A stretch of DNA of 64,000 nt from Promethearchaeota archaeon (GCA_030603385.1 JAUVXW010000010.1:34737-98736); one strand, 5' to 3'. Numbered from the stretch's first letter, positions 28,471 through 39,910 are shown. Made by a program: numbers and translations. The notes: generated by a model not told the origin, from the sequence alone.

Positions 28471-29217
28471 TTATTTATTTGAAGTTTTTTCTAAATAAAG
28501 GGGAACTGATGATTCCCAAACTCCGATATATTCGTCTAATAAACAAAAACTTAGATTAAACCCCATAGTTTTGTAAAATTCTTTAAGAGTCTTAAAATTA
28601 AAACTCCACTTATCTCTTTTATGATAGGGATTAATCCCATCATTATCCAGAAAGAGAAAATCAATGATTTTTATGATAGATATTGGTAAAAATTTTCCAA
28701 AATAAATGATAATTTTAAATACTCTATCTCGAGCATTGATTTCTTTTGGCTTTACAGCGTACGGTTCGCATATAATTATTTTACGTGCGGACTCCTTAGC
28801 CATGTTAATTAATTCAACGTGTTTTGGGTAAACATGGTGCAAAACATCAGATATTACAATCACATCGAATTTTTCCCTTAAATAATCTTGAAAATCGAAA
28901 ATGTCTTTTTGTTTTAATACTATTTTTTTTAGTTTTATGTTCCGTTTTTTTAACTCTTTATTCTTAATTCGTTTTAAAAATCGATGATTTAGATCAACAC
29001 CTTCATATTCAATCAAAGGATGCAAGAAACGCATCAAATATCCTGTACCACACGGCAAATCTAAAACTCTTTTTGGGCCTTTACCGATTAGTTTAGCAAT
29101 TGTTAAAAACTTTTTATCTTGGTCATAAAGTCTTCTTGTTATAGCATTATAAAGCCAGCCACTACGATATATTAGGCTTTTAAAACCATTCAAAACTGTT
29201 TTATCTCCTTTAATCAT
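28471..29217 (-). CDS. Class I SAM-dependent methyltransferase
   Basis: VLDLPCGTG, GVD, FDVIV..DVLHH. Confidence 0.85.
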   Translation of the reverse strand: MIKGDKTVLNGFKSLIYRSGWLYNAITRRLYDQDKKFLTIAKLIGKGPKRVLDLPCGTGYLMRFLHPLIEYEGVDLNHRFLKRIKNKELKKRNIKLKKIVLKQKDIFDFQDYLREKFDVIVISDVLHHVYPKHVELINMAKESARKIIICEPYAVKPKEINARDRVFKIIIYFGKFLPISIIKIIDFLFLDNDGINPYHKRDKWSFNFKTLKEFYKTMGFNLSFCLLDEYIGVWESSVPLYLEKTSNK

Positions 29218-29345
29218 TGAAATATGTGAAAATTCGTCTTGTTAAATCTGAAAAATTAAGAGATTACTATTAAAACATATAAAAGCAATATGTTTTTTAA
29301 AATTTTTAATATTGATTTAAAAATATAAAATTAGATCCGAATGGT

Positions 29346-29852
29346 CTATAGCTTATTTTCTAAGATTTCAAGTATATCATCTTCGAGTGTAGATTCCCAT
29401 TTTGGGTTTTCTACAATAATACCGATAAGGTCATCATTACCATTGAAGAAGTAAAATGTAGGAATTTTCTTTAAATCAAATTTAGGATCAAGAGCTTCTG
29501 GTGGAGAACGCTTTTTATGCCATATAGTTTCCCCTGGTTTATGAAGGGCGTTTACCATTATTCCATATAAAATTCTTAGATCAATATTATTTGATTTTAT
29601 AGTCTTAATATTTTTAATCATCCTTGGTACATTTCTGTTACAATCTGGACACCAATCAGCACCTAATGCTACAATCTTTAATTTCTCGTTCTTTTTCTCT
29701 AATAAATCTTTAATTCTCTCCAATACATCTACTTTTGGTTCATAAGTTTTATAGTTGGATTCGATTTTGTCTCCAAACTCTTTTAAATAATCATCCGGGT
29801 TCATTGAAGGAGAGATAAGATCATTCCATTTTAATTTTGATTTATTGCTCAT
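29346..29852 (-). CDS. Thioredoxin family protein
   Basis: WCPDC and cis-Pro motif IPTF. Confidence 0.85.
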   Translation of the reverse strand: MSNKSKLKWNDLISPSMNPDDYLKEFGDKIESNYKTYEPKVDVLERIKDLLEKKNEKLKIVALGADWCPDCNRNVPRMIKNIKTIKSNNIDLRILYGIMVNALHKPGETIWHKKRSPPEALDPKFDLKKIPTFYFFNGNDDLIGIIVENPKWESTLEDDILEILENKL

Positions 29853-29992
29853 ATTTACTAGGAAGTTCTTTTTTTTTAAAAGAATTGCTTTAATGAATCA
29901 TAATTTTTTATGGTTTGATTTAAATTAATATGGTAAATTGGGATCATTAAATATTAAATAAAGAATTAGAGAAGAATTTACATTTATTATGA

Positions 29993-30535
29993 TTATGAAA
30001 TTCTATCCTTTAAGATTAATTTCGTTAACAATTCAAATATCTTATGGACATTCTCTCCTGTTTTTGAGCAGCACTCTATAAAACCATCTGCATTTTTTGA
30101 CTTTGCTACTTCCATTGCTTTTCTTGTTGAAATTTCCTTAAGATGTATTAAATCAGTTTTTCCACCAACAAAGATCATGGGTAAATCATATTCAACTTCT
30201 TTTTCAACAATTTCGAACCAATCATCTACATGAGCCAGTGAGCCATAATTAGTAATATCATACATAAAAATTGCTCCATTAGCTCCCCTGATATAAGAAG
30301 GAAAAAGAAATCTGAACCTTTCTTCGCCAGCAAAATCCCAAATCTGGAGTTTTACATTTTCGCCATTCATTTCAATTGATTTAAGTAAAAAATCTACACC
30401 TAAAGTCATTTGAATATCTTCCTTAAAAAGATTCGTTAAGAATCTATGAGTTAAGGTTGTTTTTCCTGTTTGAGAATCTCCAAATATAACAATCTTAAAA
30501 GTGAAATCAGTTGACAACCCAAATACCTGATTCAA
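29993..30535 (-). CDS. Rab-like small GTPase
   Basis: GDSQTGKT, TLGVDF, WDFAGEERF, GKTD, CSK. Confidence 0.92.
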   Translation of the reverse strand: MNQVFGLSTDFTFKIVIFGDSQTGKTTLTHRFLTNLFKEDIQMTLGVDFLLKSIEMNGENVKLQIWDFAGEERFRFLFPSYIRGANGAIFMYDITNYGSLAHVDDWFEIVEKEVEYDLPMIFVGGKTDLIHLKEISTRKAMEVAKSKNADGFIECCSKTGENVHKIFELLTKLILKDRIS

Positions 30536-30714
30536 TACGATTTTGAATTTTAATTAGCCACTTACCTAATAGAATAGGTTAATGCTAATATTAAGTATAA
30601 TATTGTTTTTACTCCTTAAAAATTTAACATTAAATTCAAATTTTAATTTCTGCTAAAAATTATCATGAAAATAAATAGATCTTGATGAATACTGGTGAAA
30701 CCTTTTAATTGTTC

Positions 30715-33039
30715 TCAAATTCCATCAATAAGCTTATCTAATAGAAACAAGGCACCAGCTTTGTCTAAAGGGTCATTTGAATTTCCGCATTTTGGTGACA
30801 TTATACAGGCAGGGCATCCATTCTTAGTACTACAATTACAAGAATTAATTAATTTAAATGCCGTTTTCATTAATTCATTAAGATTAAAATATAACATCTC
30901 TGATATACCAATACCCCCTCTATAAGCATCATAGATGTAAATTATTGGTTGTTGCTTGACAGGATCGAAATCTATTGAAACGCCTCCCAAATCCCATCGA
31001 GAAATCTGAGCTAAAGCTGGTGACATCGCAATCATAGCATGTTCTATAGCATGGATAGTACCTCCAAGGTCATAGTCTGCCAGTTCCAATTCTTTCTGAT
31101 ATTCAAAAGGTATAGTAAACCATAAAGCCATTGACTCAAATGTGATGATCGGGATATCCTCCAATGGATGTCTCGAGCGTATATCTTGAGTAAATGTATC
31201 AATTACTTTATAGGAATAATATTCATGTTCTACTTTTACATTTCCAAAATAAGATTCTATTTTATTATTTAATCCGCCTTTATTTTGGTATAATATATCG
31301 AGAGGGGTAATATCTGTATGTTTTAAAGATTGAGTATAAAAATCCACGTTTGATTTAGAAAGATATACCATTTTCTCCTCTAAATCAAGCTCATCTACAA
31401 TATATGATTCAGCTTCGTAAAGATATACCGCACCTGGATGTAAATCTCGAAATACAAAACTTTCATCCTCGACAGTTAAGAGTTCTTTATTTGAGCCTGA
31501 TCTTAATATAACCTTATAACTTCTCGCTGAAAGATTATTTAACCCATATTTTTCATTTGGAAAGAAGTCGCTATTCCAATAATAACGATCTCCTCTTTTC
31601 ATGAGTAAAGATTCTGAAACCAAATCTTCCAAACATTCTATAAATAATTCTTTATCAAAAACGCCAAATTTCTCATACTCATCAATCTTAATAGGGATTT
31701 CTTTTGAAGCACAGCATAAATGGTTTTTTATAATATATTTATTATTTAAAGTAATGAGAATTTCTTCTTGGATAGGACCAAATAACTGATCAGGATTATG
31801 GACATAAAATAAATCTAATGGATCAGGCATTGGAATAAGAGTGGAAATAGAGAGATCAGTTCCTCTACCAGAGCGCCCTATCTGTTGTTTGAAACTTGAG
31901 ATCGTTCCTGGAAATCCAGAACTTATCGTAGCATCTAAAGAGCCTATATCAATTCCTAATTCAAGAGCATTAGTAGAACTTATGCCTAAAATCTTTTTAT
32001 TTTTAAAATCTCGCTCTATTTCTCTCCTTTTAGATTTACTAATTCCAGCCCGATAACTAAAAATTTTATCTTTTAAAACTGGAATAGCAGCTCTTGTCCA
32101 TATTGTTTGTAATTCAGCCATTTTTCTTGATAATGTAAAGGTTAATGTTTGTATTCCATCCTTGAATTTCAAATGACTGAGAAAAAGATTTTTAGTTTCT
32201 TGGTGCGGTGAACGATATTTTTTTGAAATTTCGTCATATGGCAAATCCCATAAGATTACTTTTTTAGTTCCTGATGGAGAATCATCTCTATCTACCACTT
32301 CAAACGTTTCTCCTATCAAACTCTCGCAAAATTTTTTAGGATTATGAATTGTAGCACTAGATAAGATCCATTGAGGTTTTAAATTGTAAGTCTCCAACAT
32401 TCTTTTTAATCTTCTAAGTAAAAAGGCGAAGTTTGAGCCAAAAATTCCTCTATAAGTATGGATTTCATCTAAAACAATATATTTAAGATTTTGACAAATT
32501 CTCCTCCATTTTTGTTTAAACCAAGGTAAATAGAAATGAAGTCCATAAGGATTTGTTATTATAATATTAGCATTATTTAATATGAATCTTTTTTCATTAG
32601 GTTCCACATCTCCATCATAAACTCCAATTCTGTTCTGCTTTATATTTGTTCCAGAAAAAAGTTGAGATAAGACCGTAAATTGATCTCTCGCTAAGGCTTT
32701 AGTTGGGAAGATATAAATTGCAGTTGTTTTTGGCTCTTCTAGGATTGATTGTAATACGGGAAGATTATAACAAAGAGATTTTCCAGAAGCGGTAGAAGTT
32801 GCAATAACTACATTCTTGCCATTTTGGATCAAGTTTATTGCTTCTGTTTGGTGTTGCCATAGTTTTATATTGGAATTATCTAACCAGCGTTGAAGACGTT
32901 TTCTTAGTGGTTTTTCTAAGTCACCAAATTGAGCTTTGCATCCTGGGATATGTTCGATGTGGTATATTTGGTCACGATAATAATCTTGAGACTTAAGAAA
33001 ACGTAAAAACTCTTTAAAATCAACCATAAATAGCTTCAA
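30715..33039 (-). CDS. DEAH-box helicase of the Hrq1/MrfA type (DUF1998)
   Basis: TASGKS, DEIH, SAT, ALELGIDIG, GRSGR; C-terminal HAIEH...GG.G...C.C...GCPAC...KC. Confidence 0.92.
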   Translation of the reverse strand: MKLFMVDFKEFLRFLKSQDYYRDQIYHIEHIPGCKAQFGDLEKPLRKRLQRWLDNSNIKLWQHQTEAINLIQNGKNVVIATSTASGKSLCYNLPVLQSILEEPKTTAIYIFPTKALARDQFTVLSQLFSGTNIKQNRIGVYDGDVEPNEKRFILNNANIIITNPYGLHFYLPWFKQKWRRICQNLKYIVLDEIHTYRGIFGSNFAFLLRRLKRMLETYNLKPQWILSSATIHNPKKFCESLIGETFEVVDRDDSPSGTKKVILWDLPYDEISKKYRSPHQETKNLFLSHLKFKDGIQTLTFTLSRKMAELQTIWTRAAIPVLKDKIFSYRAGISKSKRREIERDFKNKKILGISSTNALELGIDIGSLDATISSGFPGTISSFKQQIGRSGRGTDLSISTLIPMPDPLDLFYVHNPDQLFGPIQEEILITLNNKYIIKNHLCCASKEIPIKIDEYEKFGVFDKELFIECLEDLVSESLLMKRGDRYYWNSDFFPNEKYGLNNLSARSYKVILRSGSNKELLTVEDESFVFRDLHPGAVYLYEAESYIVDELDLEEKMVYLSKSNVDFYTQSLKHTDITPLDILYQNKGGLNNKIESYFGNVKVEHEYYSYKVIDTFTQDIRSRHPLEDIPIITFESMALWFTIPFEYQKELELADYDLGGTIHAIEHAMIAMSPALAQISRWDLGGVSIDFDPVKQQPIIYIYDAYRGGIGISEMLYFNLNELMKTAFKLINSCNCSTKNGCPACIMSPKCGNSNDPLDKAGALFLLDKLIDGI

Positions 33040-33125
33040 TATTTATAATGAACAATCTCAATTAAAAATATCAAAGGGAATTGATTTAATTATTTATCTA
33101 ATTTTTTAATTAATTCCGAGACAGA

Positions 33126-34604
33126 TTATTTTAACTTATTTAAGGCTTTAAGTTTCCTTCCATATTCATAAAGGGCCATAAAGGATTTAGCGGCTCTTCG
33201 AACGGAGGGATAAACAATAAAATTATCTTTAAGGAGTTTATTCCTATATCTTTCATTAGATTTGCTTGGATATTGAGGGAGAATTAACATAAAAATTTTA
33301 CATAGTGATTCTGTATAATCCCTAATTCTCAAGAGGTTGTTATAATATTCGCTACGATGATCATCTTCGAACTCATCCCCCCACGAATCAGTTTCGATAA
33401 TGACTAAATCAATATTTGCTGAAATAGCGATCTTGGCAACTTCAAAATATTTTTGACTAGATGAGATCCATGGCATATCTAAGGGATTTTTTAAGCTTCC
33501 TATTTTAATCGGATAAATTTGTCTCAATTTGTTTAATGTTTCACCTTCAAAATAAGGCACATTCAATCCTAATTCTGTTAAAATATTTGTATGAATAATA
33601 CCAAAACCTCCTGACCACAGGATTAACAGAGAGTTTTTCCCAGTTGGATATTGAATATTTTTTAATGGTGTTCCTAATTTCTTAAACCTATCAATATATC
33701 TGTTAAAAAGGTAAAGGTAATCAATCATATCATCCATTGAAGTCGGTATGTCAACGATTGGAGTTTGTTTAACTATTGCATTCCAAATCTTTTTATTTGA
33801 GCCAATTGATCCCGTATGTGTTAAAATTGCTGTTTGCGATCTTTTAGTTTTCCCCCCGTTCATAAATAACACCGGTTTTTTCATGTTTTTTAACACTTGG
33901 AAGAACTTTCTCCCTTCATTAGGATGGTGTTTCGAAAAGCCCTCGAAATATACACCAATGATATCAGTATCGATATCATTATCATAATATTGTAGAAATT
34001 CAGATATTTGTAAATCTATACAATTTCCAACACTAGCCCCTTTTGAATAACTTAAATTATAACGACTTGCCCCAATCCTAATCGTTTGAGAATGCAGATC
34101 CCCAGATTGAAAAACAAATGCAATATTTCCCGGTTCAGTAGGAAGAAATGGTTCATAAGCTAAGTGTCCATTAGGTGAATAAACACCCATGCAGTTTGGA
34201 CCTATTGCTCGAATATGGTTATTATCATCATTTAAGATTTCTACAATTTCTTTTTCAATTTGCTTGCCAACATTGTCAGATTCTCCCAATCCTGCTGTAA
34301 ATATATGAATTGTGTTAATTTTTATTTGCTTAATCACCATTTTTAAACTCTCAAGAATCTTATCTCTTCCTACTGCTAAAATAAGAAGGTCAATTTCTTC
34401 TTCAGGGATTTCTTTAAGAGATTTAAAGCATTTTAGACCATTTACCTCTTCTTTTTCAGGATTAATCAAATATAATTTATCTGTATTAAACTTTTGTTCC
34501 TTAAAACCCATGAAAAAATAATCTAATTTTTCACTCGCTTTATATACAGCTACGGTGCGAGGATTAAATAAAAAATCCAAATAGTTAGTAGTATCTGTAG
34601 TCAT
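33126..34604 (-). CDS. Acyl-CoA synthetase (NDP-forming) alpha-subunit-like CoA-binding protein
   Basis: LFNPRTVAV, IGPNCMG, QSG, SVGN, THTGS (phospho-His), NPLD. Confidence 0.85.
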   Translation of the reverse strand: MTTDTTNYLDFLFNPRTVAVYKASEKLDYFFMGFKEQKFNTDKLYLINPEKEEVNGLKCFKSLKEIPEEEIDLLILAVGRDKILESLKMVIKQIKINTIHIFTAGLGESDNVGKQIEKEIVEILNDDNNHIRAIGPNCMGVYSPNGHLAYEPFLPTEPGNIAFVFQSGDLHSQTIRIGASRYNLSYSKGASVGNCIDLQISEFLQYYDNDIDTDIIGVYFEGFSKHHPNEGRKFFQVLKNMKKPVLFMNGGKTKRSQTAILTHTGSIGSNKKIWNAIVKQTPIVDIPTSMDDMIDYLYLFNRYIDRFKKLGTPLKNIQYPTGKNSLLILWSGGFGIIHTNILTELGLNVPYFEGETLNKLRQIYPIKIGSLKNPLDMPWISSSQKYFEVAKIAISANIDLVIIETDSWGDEFEDDHRSEYYNNLLRIRDYTESLCKIFMLILPQYPSKSNERYRNKLLKDNFIVYPSVRRAAKSFMALYEYGRKLKALNKLK

Positions 34605-34859
34605 TTGAAATTTCCTAAGTTTTTCCTTTAAAAGAAAGTCATAGTAATTATTTCTATAACTTTGAAAACTGGTAATATAGAATTGTAAAATTAATGATTA
34701 TCTTTAGCTTTTATGTTTATTTTAAAAAGCAAAGTAAGTCTATGACAATAATCTACTTAATAGTGAATTATTCACAAAACATATCACATTCTTCATATAA
34801 CAATTTTTTTTATTGTTTAACATCAAATTTAAATAAACAAAATAACTTTAGAAGTACAT

Positions 34860-35867
34860 ATGTCTGATTCTGATTGGAGTAAAATTGATTTCCAACAATT
34901 TATCAATGAATATGGTAATGAGATTTTAGTCTATAAGGCTCCTATAATCCTCTATCCAAAGAAGGATAAAGAACATGAAGCTTATAACTCTTTAATAGCT
35001 TTCTTCTTCATAGCAGGGGGTGCACTTATATACATAGCCGTATCTTACTTTTTAGCTCCTATTTACTTTAACCTTCTATTTTTCATAATTATAATTGTAA
35101 TCGCAACTATTATTGATGTTCTCTTAATTATTAATTACCTTAAAACAAATGTATATATCAAACCATTAGAATGTTGGCTTGAAATATATAGGGGAAAGTC
35201 AGAAAATAATTATGTATTTTATTGTTTTACATATTATCCAATATTTTCTGGCAAGTGTCATCCAAATGCAGCAAAAAATGTAATATATAAACTGTACCAA
35301 GAACAAGTGTTAAAAAGTAAAATTGATATCTCTCAAATTGAAGTCTACATGAAATTAAATCCACAGATAAAAAAGATTCAAGAGGATGTTGGTTTCTTTT
35401 TTCAATATGGTGAGGGAAATTCATTTAAAGACGAAAATATAGATCGAGCATCATGGAAATTTTTCCCATTTCAGAAGTCAGAAAATGATAACTTTTTTGC
35501 AGTGGCAAACTGGGAACATCAATTTGAATGGCGCGATGATCTTGAATATGATTTTGATAAATTGCATGAATATGCCCCTTGGATAATTCAAAGATGGAAT
35601 AAATTTAATTTAAAACCGTTAACAGACGATTTCAAGAATAACCTAAGCTGGGATTTAAGAAATATTGTTTCAATACCAAAGTTAAAACCATGGGATGGAG
35701 ATTTAGAGCACCAAACATATCAAAATCCTAAAGCTTATAGAGAGGAATCACTGATCAATGAAGCAATTGGGAACGTTATTGGTCATGAAAATGACTTAAA
35801 AAGAATTAAAGACATCAAAGATAAACTTTTATCAATCAAATCTTATTTTAGGGATTTAAGTTCTTAA
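34860..35867 (+). CDS. Hypothetical membrane protein
   Basis: 335-aa ORF with two TM helices near the N-terminus. Confidence 0.65.
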   Translation: MSDSDWSKIDFQQFINEYGNEILVYKAPIILYPKKDKEHEAYNSLIAFFFIAGGALIYIAVSYFLAPIYFNLLFFIIIIVIATIIDVLLIINYLKTNVYIKPLECWLEIYRGKSENNYVFYCFTYYPIFSGKCHPNAAKNVIYKLYQEQVLKSKIDISQIEVYMKLNPQIKKIQEDVGFFFQYGEGNSFKDENIDRASWKFFPFQKSENDNFFAVANWEHQFEWRDDLEYDFDKLHEYAPWIIQRWNKFNLKPLTDDFKNNLSWDLRNIVSIPKLKPWDGDLEHQTYQNPKAYREESLINEAIGNVIGHENDLKRIKDIKDKLLSIKSYFRDLSS

Positions 35868-36028
35868 TTCCTTAATGATTTTAGTATAAATCGACTACTA
35901 GCTAATATAAATAGACAGATAATTATATTATTAATAATTTCAATATAAAAACTTAATAAGCGTAGATTGTTAGATATAAGAAACTTAATATAAATTTCAC
36001 GAAAGTAAGAAAAGAGGTAAGTTAGAAA

Positions 36029-37417
36029 TTGGAATTAGTAAAAAGCGTTTCGAGTATTGAAATTCCAACCAATAAGGTTTCATACAATAAGAAAACTAAT
36101 GTATTATCAATAGAAGTATTAGATTTCATGTTTGTAGGCATTTATAAGAAATCTGTGAGGATAAGCAAAATTCTTGATGACCTTTATGCTTCTTTGGGAG
36201 AAATACATATAGATCGGAGTAGCATTTATTTTGTAGACTTTGTTACGGGTAGCATAATTTCTGAATCTGAAAAATTAAGCCGCTTAAAAATATCGAAGAG
36301 AGAGAAAATCGAGAAAAAAAAAGAGAAAGCTTCAGATGAGCGTAAATCCATGAGAAGAGATAAAGATGAAGTATTTGAAATTGAAGAAGAACTCTTGGAT
36401 TTTGAAGAAGAACTCCCTGATGAAGATTTCGCCAGAGTCTCTTCAGTTACAGAAGAGGCTGAATACGGTGAGGTAAAGTTCAAGGAAGAAAAAGCCATGA
36501 AATTTGATGATTTAAGTGAAAAAGAAATGGCAAGAGAAAAAGAAGCTCCAAAGGCTAAAAAAAGATCCAGAACAATGCCTCCACCTCCTGGTGCAGCACC
36601 ACCACCTGCGCCAAAATCAGCAGCAGCACCACCTCCTTCTGATGTACTTGGGGGTCCTAGAGCACCTTCACCAGAAAGAGCAGAACCAACCCTAATTGCC
36701 CCTGAAGAACCTCAACCAACTGTTTATGAGATTAATATGGGACTTCAATATTATTCCGTCATGATGGAACAAAGGAGCTATTTATTTTACGTATATTTCT
36801 CGCATCAAGAATTGAAAATTGTCGATGAAGAAGGGAAGACTGTTTATAAAACTACAGTTACAATCGTTACTACTAAAAAAGAACCTCCAGTCTTAGATCT
36901 TAAAATTAAGGGAGAGGGTTTTGAAGTTCATCCTATATTTGGGAAAATTGAAGTGAAAAAAGATGCTGTTAATCCCCCAGTTATGATTTTTTCTATCATG
37001 CCCATAAAATCGAAAAAAGAGAAAAAGAAAAAGAAAGAAAGTGAGAGAAGATTTTTAAATGTATATATAGAATTTGAAGAGAAAATAATTAGTCATACAA
37101 TCTTATCAATAATAGTACAACCAAAATATTTCCGTCTTGAACTAGGTCCAATTCATTTGAATCTTAGTAAAAAAACTGCTGCTATAATCTCTTTTATATC
37201 CATTTTAATCGCTGGAATTTCATTAGTCTACATGTTTCTTTCTGTTGGTTCTTCATCTTCTTTTATGGATTATTTAAGCAGATTCGCCCCCGGTTTAGGT
37301 TCAATCGTATTTTTCACGATTTTCCTATATACGCTGTTTAAAGAAGGAATATATCCTCTTAAAGAAAAGATAAGTGCATTCTTAAATTTCGATCAAACAG
37401 GTATTCTGATAAAATAA
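36029..37417 (+). CDS. Hypothetical membrane protein with proline-rich linker
   Basis: Charged region, PPPPGAAPPPAP...PPP tract, beta-rich domain, two C-terminal TM helices. Confidence 0.7.
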   Translation: MELVKSVSSIEIPTNKVSYNKKTNVLSIEVLDFMFVGIYKKSVRISKILDDLYASLGEIHIDRSSIYFVDFVTGSIISESEKLSRLKISKREKIEKKKEKASDERKSMRRDKDEVFEIEEELLDFEEELPDEDFARVSSVTEEAEYGEVKFKEEKAMKFDDLSEKEMAREKEAPKAKKRSRTMPPPPGAAPPPAPKSAAAPPPSDVLGGPRAPSPERAEPTLIAPEEPQPTVYEINMGLQYYSVMMEQRSYLFYVYFSHQELKIVDEEGKTVYKTTVTIVTTKKEPPVLDLKIKGEGFEVHPIFGKIEVKKDAVNPPVMIFSIMPIKSKKEKKKKKESERRFLNVYIEFEEKIISHTILSIIVQPKYFRLELGPIHLNLSKKTAAIISFISILIAGISLVYMFLSVGSSSSFMDYLSRFAPGLGSIVFFTIFLYTLFKEGIYPLKEKISAFLNFDQTGILIK

Positions 37418-37459
37418 GAGTTCTTTAATTTTTCTTTTAATTTTTTCTATTATTTAAAC

Positions 37460-38350
37460 TTAAGATTTGAGTTCATCCCAAAATTTCTTTTGTAATTTGC
37501 CCAATTCCTTTTTTTTTAATTTAACAAAATAAAGAGGTCTTTTAGCTATGAGGGGATAATTTTTTATTTTCAAGGATTTTATTAATCCGGCTGATTCTGC
37601 TTTATCCGCCATTATTTCACTCATTATACTGATATAATTAGATTCACTTACTGTTGAAATTATTGAGTCATTATCATTTATTTCAAGTTCGATGGTTAAT
37701 TTTTTATATTTAGGGAATTGTTTTTCGAATGTATTTCTCGTTCCAGAACCTTTTTCTCTCCATACAAAAGGATATTTGATAAGTTCATTAAAATCAACTA
37801 AATTTCCTTCTTTTATTAAGTCATGATTAGGAGAACATATGAATTTAAATTCATCTTCCCCAATTTTAATATAATCAAAATCGCCCTCATTATAACTCAT
37901 AAAACTTCCAATCCCCGCAAAATTTGCCATCCCATTCTTTAAATTTTCAAGAGATTTCTTAGAATTATTAATAAATATTTTAAAATTTGCATTTAGGTTC
38001 TTGCTTCGGAAATCTGCTATATATTTAGGTAAAATATGAGACCCTGGTATTGTGGAAGCGGAAATAACAATATCTTCTATCATTTGATCCTGAAATTTTG
38101 AAATTTCTAATTTGCAATTATCATACAAATCTATTATCTGTTCAGCGTTTTTTCGTAGAAGTATTCCTGCTCTAGTCAATTCGAATTTTTTTGTGGTTCT
38201 ATCAATTAAAACCACTCCGCCAAAATCTTTTTCTAACTGTGAGACTTGATGTGATAATGTACTTTGAGAAATAGGGAGTTCTTTTGCTAACTTGGAGAAA
38301 CTCTTATACTGAGTTAATTTAATAAAGTTTCTTAGATATTCAATATTCAA
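37460..38350 (-). CDS. LysR-family transcriptional regulator (CysL-like)
   Basis: SFSKLAKEL..SQSTLSHQV..LE, ASTIPG, REKGSGTR. Confidence 0.92.
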   Translation of the reverse strand: MNIEYLRNFIKLTQYKSFSKLAKELPISQSTLSHQVSQLEKDFGGVVLIDRTTKKFELTRAGILLRKNAEQIIDLYDNCKLEISKFQDQMIEDIVISASTIPGSHILPKYIADFRSKNLNANFKIFINNSKKSLENLKNGMANFAGIGSFMSYNEGDFDYIKIGEDEFKFICSPNHDLIKEGNLVDFNELIKYPFVWREKGSGTRNTFEKQFPKYKKLTIELEINDNDSIISTVSESNYISIMSEIMADKAESAGLIKSLKIKNYPLIAKRPLYFVKLKKKELGKLQKKFWDELKS

Positions 38351-38507
38351 ACTCTTAATCGTCTTTAAAATATCTAATTTTGTATAATATTAGATTTTTA
38401 ATCTATTTCTATTTATCGATTTTTTTAATAAACCATTACGAAAAAATTAATAAATCTTTGACTTTTTTCTTAGTTACAGTTCAAAGTAGAAAAGAGGAAA
38501 GGTTAAA

Positions 38508-38867
38508 GTGACAGAAAAAGTGAAAACATTTACAATTATAATAGGTGACGGTCCTTACACTGCTGAGCGTCCCTATACGATGTTAAGATTTGCCTACACC
38601 GCTTTATTGGAAGATTGTAAGATTAACATCTTCTTAGTTGAAGACGGTATTCTCGTGGGTAAAAAGAACCAAGATCCCACTACTTATGATAATCTTGGAA
38701 AGTGGATGAAAGATATTATTTCTGAAGGAGCAAATGTTAAAGCATGTGGTGTTTGTATGAAAGCACGAGGTCTTTCTGAAGATGAATTAATAGACGGAAT
38801 AAAAAAAACAACTATGAATGGTTTTGTTGAAATGTGTGTAGAAGCTGATAATGTAATGTTTAGTTAA
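38508..38867 (+). CDS. DsrE/TusD-family sulfur relay protein
   Basis: GPY..ER, IFLVEDG, CGVCMKARG. Confidence 0.88.
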   Translation: MTEKVKTFTIIIGDGPYTAERPYTMLRFAYTALLEDCKINIFLVEDGILVGKKNQDPTTYDNLGKWMKDIISEGANVKACGVCMKARGLSEDELIDGIKKTTMNGFVEMCVEADNVMFS

Positions 38868-39110
38868 ATGGAGATGATGAATATAATGGCAAATTCACAG
38901 TTAGATTGTTCTGGACTCGTATGTCCGATGCCTGTAGCAAAAACCAAAAGACAACTATTAGAAATGAAAAGTGGAGAGATTCTTGAAGTTACTGGTGATT
39001 ATGCAGAAGCTGGACAGAATATTAAAAGATACATAGAAAAACATAATGATAAATTATTAGATTTCAAGGTTGATGGAGAAAACTATTATTTAAAGATCGA
39101 GAAAGCATAA
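38868..39110 (+). CDS. tusA: TusA/SirA-family sulfurtransferase (start may be ATG 38886)
   Basis: LDCSGLVCPMPV motif. Confidence 0.88.
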   Translation: MEMMNIMANSQLDCSGLVCPMPVAKTKRQLLEMKSGEILEVTGDYAEAGQNIKRYIEKHNDKLLDFKVDGENYYLKIEKA

Positions 39111-39267
39111 TTTATATTTAACAAGGTTGTTACTTTCTTTTTCTATATTGTTTATAATTCTATATCATTTTTTAATAAAATTTTTATGAAAATTGGTTTT
39201 TATAAGTATATTGCTTAATTTTAATGACTTGATTCTTAAATATTATACAATAGAGTGGATAGGGAAT

Positions 39268-39909
39268 TTGAAAGATAGTGAAATTATTGAAAAGATAAAA
39301 AATGCAATTATTAAAGGCATTTCAGAAGAAGCAATAGCTGCTGTTAATACAGCCTTAAAAAGGAATATTGAAACTAACCAGATATTAAATGAAGGTCTAA
39401 TTCGCGGTGCTGAAGAAGTTGGTATGAAATACGAAGAGGGGGAATACTTTCTTGGTGATATGCTTTTAGCTGCGGACGCTATTAATGATTGCATGGATGT
39501 TATAAAACCGAAATTGGTAGAGGAAAAACATAAATCACCTGGAAAGGTGTTAATAGGTACTCCTGAGGGAGACCTTCACGATATAGGTAAAAGTCTTGTT
39601 ATCGCCCTATTGCAAGGTCAAGGATTTGATGTAATAGATTTAGGTGTGGATGTTCCCCCTGAAAAATTTGTCGAAGTAGCGATAAATGAGAATCCAGATA
39701 TTATTGGAATAAGTGGATTGTTAACTATGACGATTTCTAAAATGATAGAAACCGTTACTATGCTAAAAAGAAAGGGAATTAGGGCCAAAATAGTGGTGGG
39801 TGGGGGTATACTCTCTGAACAATCTTGTAAATATATCGGGGCTGATGCTTGGACCAAAGATGGATGGAAAGGTGTAAAACTAATTAAAGATCTAATGGAG
39901 GCTAATTAA
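39268..39909 (+). CDS. Corrinoid (B12-binding) protein, MtaC/MttC-like (TTG 39268 preferred over 39193)
   Basis: Cap domain GL..VGMKYEEGEYFL; GDLHDIGK, DLGVDVP, SGLLT, VGGG. Confidence 0.9.
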   Translation: MKDSEIIEKIKNAIIKGISEEAIAAVNTALKRNIETNQILNEGLIRGAEEVGMKYEEGEYFLGDMLLAADAINDCMDVIKPKLVEEKHKSPGKVLIGTPEGDLHDIGKSLVIALLQGQGFDVIDLGVDVPPEKFVEVAINENPDIIGISGLLTMTISKMIETVTMLKRKGIRAKIVVGGGILSEQSCKYIGADAWTKDGWKGVKLIKDLMEAN

Positions 39910-39910
39910 A

